Part shown: positions 5,070 to 5,268 of the stretch, piece by piece
Numbering within the stretch: the first letter of the stretch is position 1
How the letters are laid out: each line of letters starts with the position of its first letter
From: Nanobdellota archaeon
GTDB taxonomy: Archaea > Nanobdellota > Nanobdellia > Nanobdellales > Nanobdellaceae
DNA: 5,268 bases
Direction: 5' to 3'
NCBI GenBank assembly: GCA_020697515.1
Contig: JAIXNB010000049.1
Coordinates: 1 to 5,268, forward strand
Notes under the pieces: generated by a model
The model's database searches: none
Told to the model about the DNA's origin: nothing
Seen by the model: only the letters and a program-made list of their open reading frames with translations
Program-made: the position numbers and the translations under genes

Positions 5070-5119
5070 ATGAAGAAGCCTGACCTTGCAGAAGAGTGAA
5101 GAAAGCACGGAGGCTCTGA
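5070..5119 (+). ncRNA. Candidate box C/D sRNA, possibly co-transcribed with tRNA-Leu
   Basis: Layout: C-like AUGAAGA (5070-5076), 12-nt spacer, D'-like CAGA (5089-5092), 3-nt spacer, C'-like GUGAAGA (5096-5102), 13-nt spacer, D box CUGA (5116-5119). The total is 50 nt, which matches archaeal C/D sRNA box spacing. Both C boxes deviate from RUGAUGA at the same position (U5 to A). I see no terminal stem. Confidence 0.35.
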
Positions 5120-5216
5120 TTTATTACAATTTCAAGAAATAGATCATCTAATTAAGTTCTAAAAATATAGAACTATAACTATATAAATTAAAGATATTAA
5201 AAATTTTAAAAAGAGG

Positions 5217-5232
5217 AAGACGACAACTTTTT
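5217..5232 (+). promoter_or_regulatory. Promoter-like motif AAGACGACAACTTTTT, truncated by the adapter junction
   Basis: 15 of 16 positions are identical to AAGACGATAACTTTTT at 2099-2114, the TFS promoter region. The sequence ends where the adapter begins. Confidence 0.2.
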
Positions 5233-5268
5233 AGATCGGAAGAGCGTCGTGTAGGGAAAGAGTGTAGA
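5233..5268. other. Illumina TruSeq adapter sequence (read-through contamination), non-biological
   Basis: AGATCGGAAGAGCGTCGTGTAGGGAAAGAGTGTAGA is an exact match to the first 36 nt of the standard TruSeq read-2 adapter (AGATCGGAAGAGCGTCGTGTAGGGAAAGAGTGTAGATCTCGG...). Confidence 0.97.

Noticed and set aside
5070-5099. 9-codon micro-ORF (MKKPDLAEE) after tRNA-Leu
   Set aside because: It is too short to support, with no promoter or SD context. The ATGAAGA start is better read as a C-box-like element of the candidate C/D sRNA.
5156-5173. 6-7 bp hairpin GTTCTA-aaaata-TAGAAC in the right-hand spacer
   Set aside because: A short, AT-rich stem in a very AT-rich spacer, within chance expectation. No associated T-tract or gene makes it interpretable.

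Overview
This is a strongly AT-rich archaeal window. The gene content is archaeal: transcription factor S, a Sec11-type signal peptidase, a stand-alone Bud32 kinase and an archaeal-type Trm10. The proteins are rich in Ile, Lys, Asn and Tyr, and both tRNA genes have almost pure G:C stems. That contrast is typical of thermophiles with AT-rich genomes, so I suspect a small-genome crenarchaeal or nanoarchaeal-like lineage, but I cannot confirm this without a search.

Layout, left to right:
- about 240 nt of non-coding DNA containing a GC-clamped hairpin
- tRNA-Val(CAC) on the minus strand
- a Trm10-like SPOUT methyltransferase, overlapping by ATGA an uncharacterised multi-pass membrane protein
- TFS, signal peptidase I and Bud32, close-packed on the plus strand
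- an uncharacterised 373-aa protein on the minus strand, whose stop codon overlaps the Bud32 stop
- tRNA-Leu(GAG) on the plus strand, followed 16 nt later by a 50-nt stretch with box C/D sRNA architecture
- an AT-rich spacer, then 36 nt of Illumina TruSeq adapter. The right end of the window is therefore an assembly or trimming artefact, not biology.

I see no CRISPR array, transposase, integrase or recognisable defence or toxin module. This is mostly a compact housekeeping locus. The candidates for something new are modest and unproven: the 373-aa orphan protein, the membrane protein coupled to Trm10, two candidate small RNAs, and lineage-specific insertions in the signal peptidase and Bud32.
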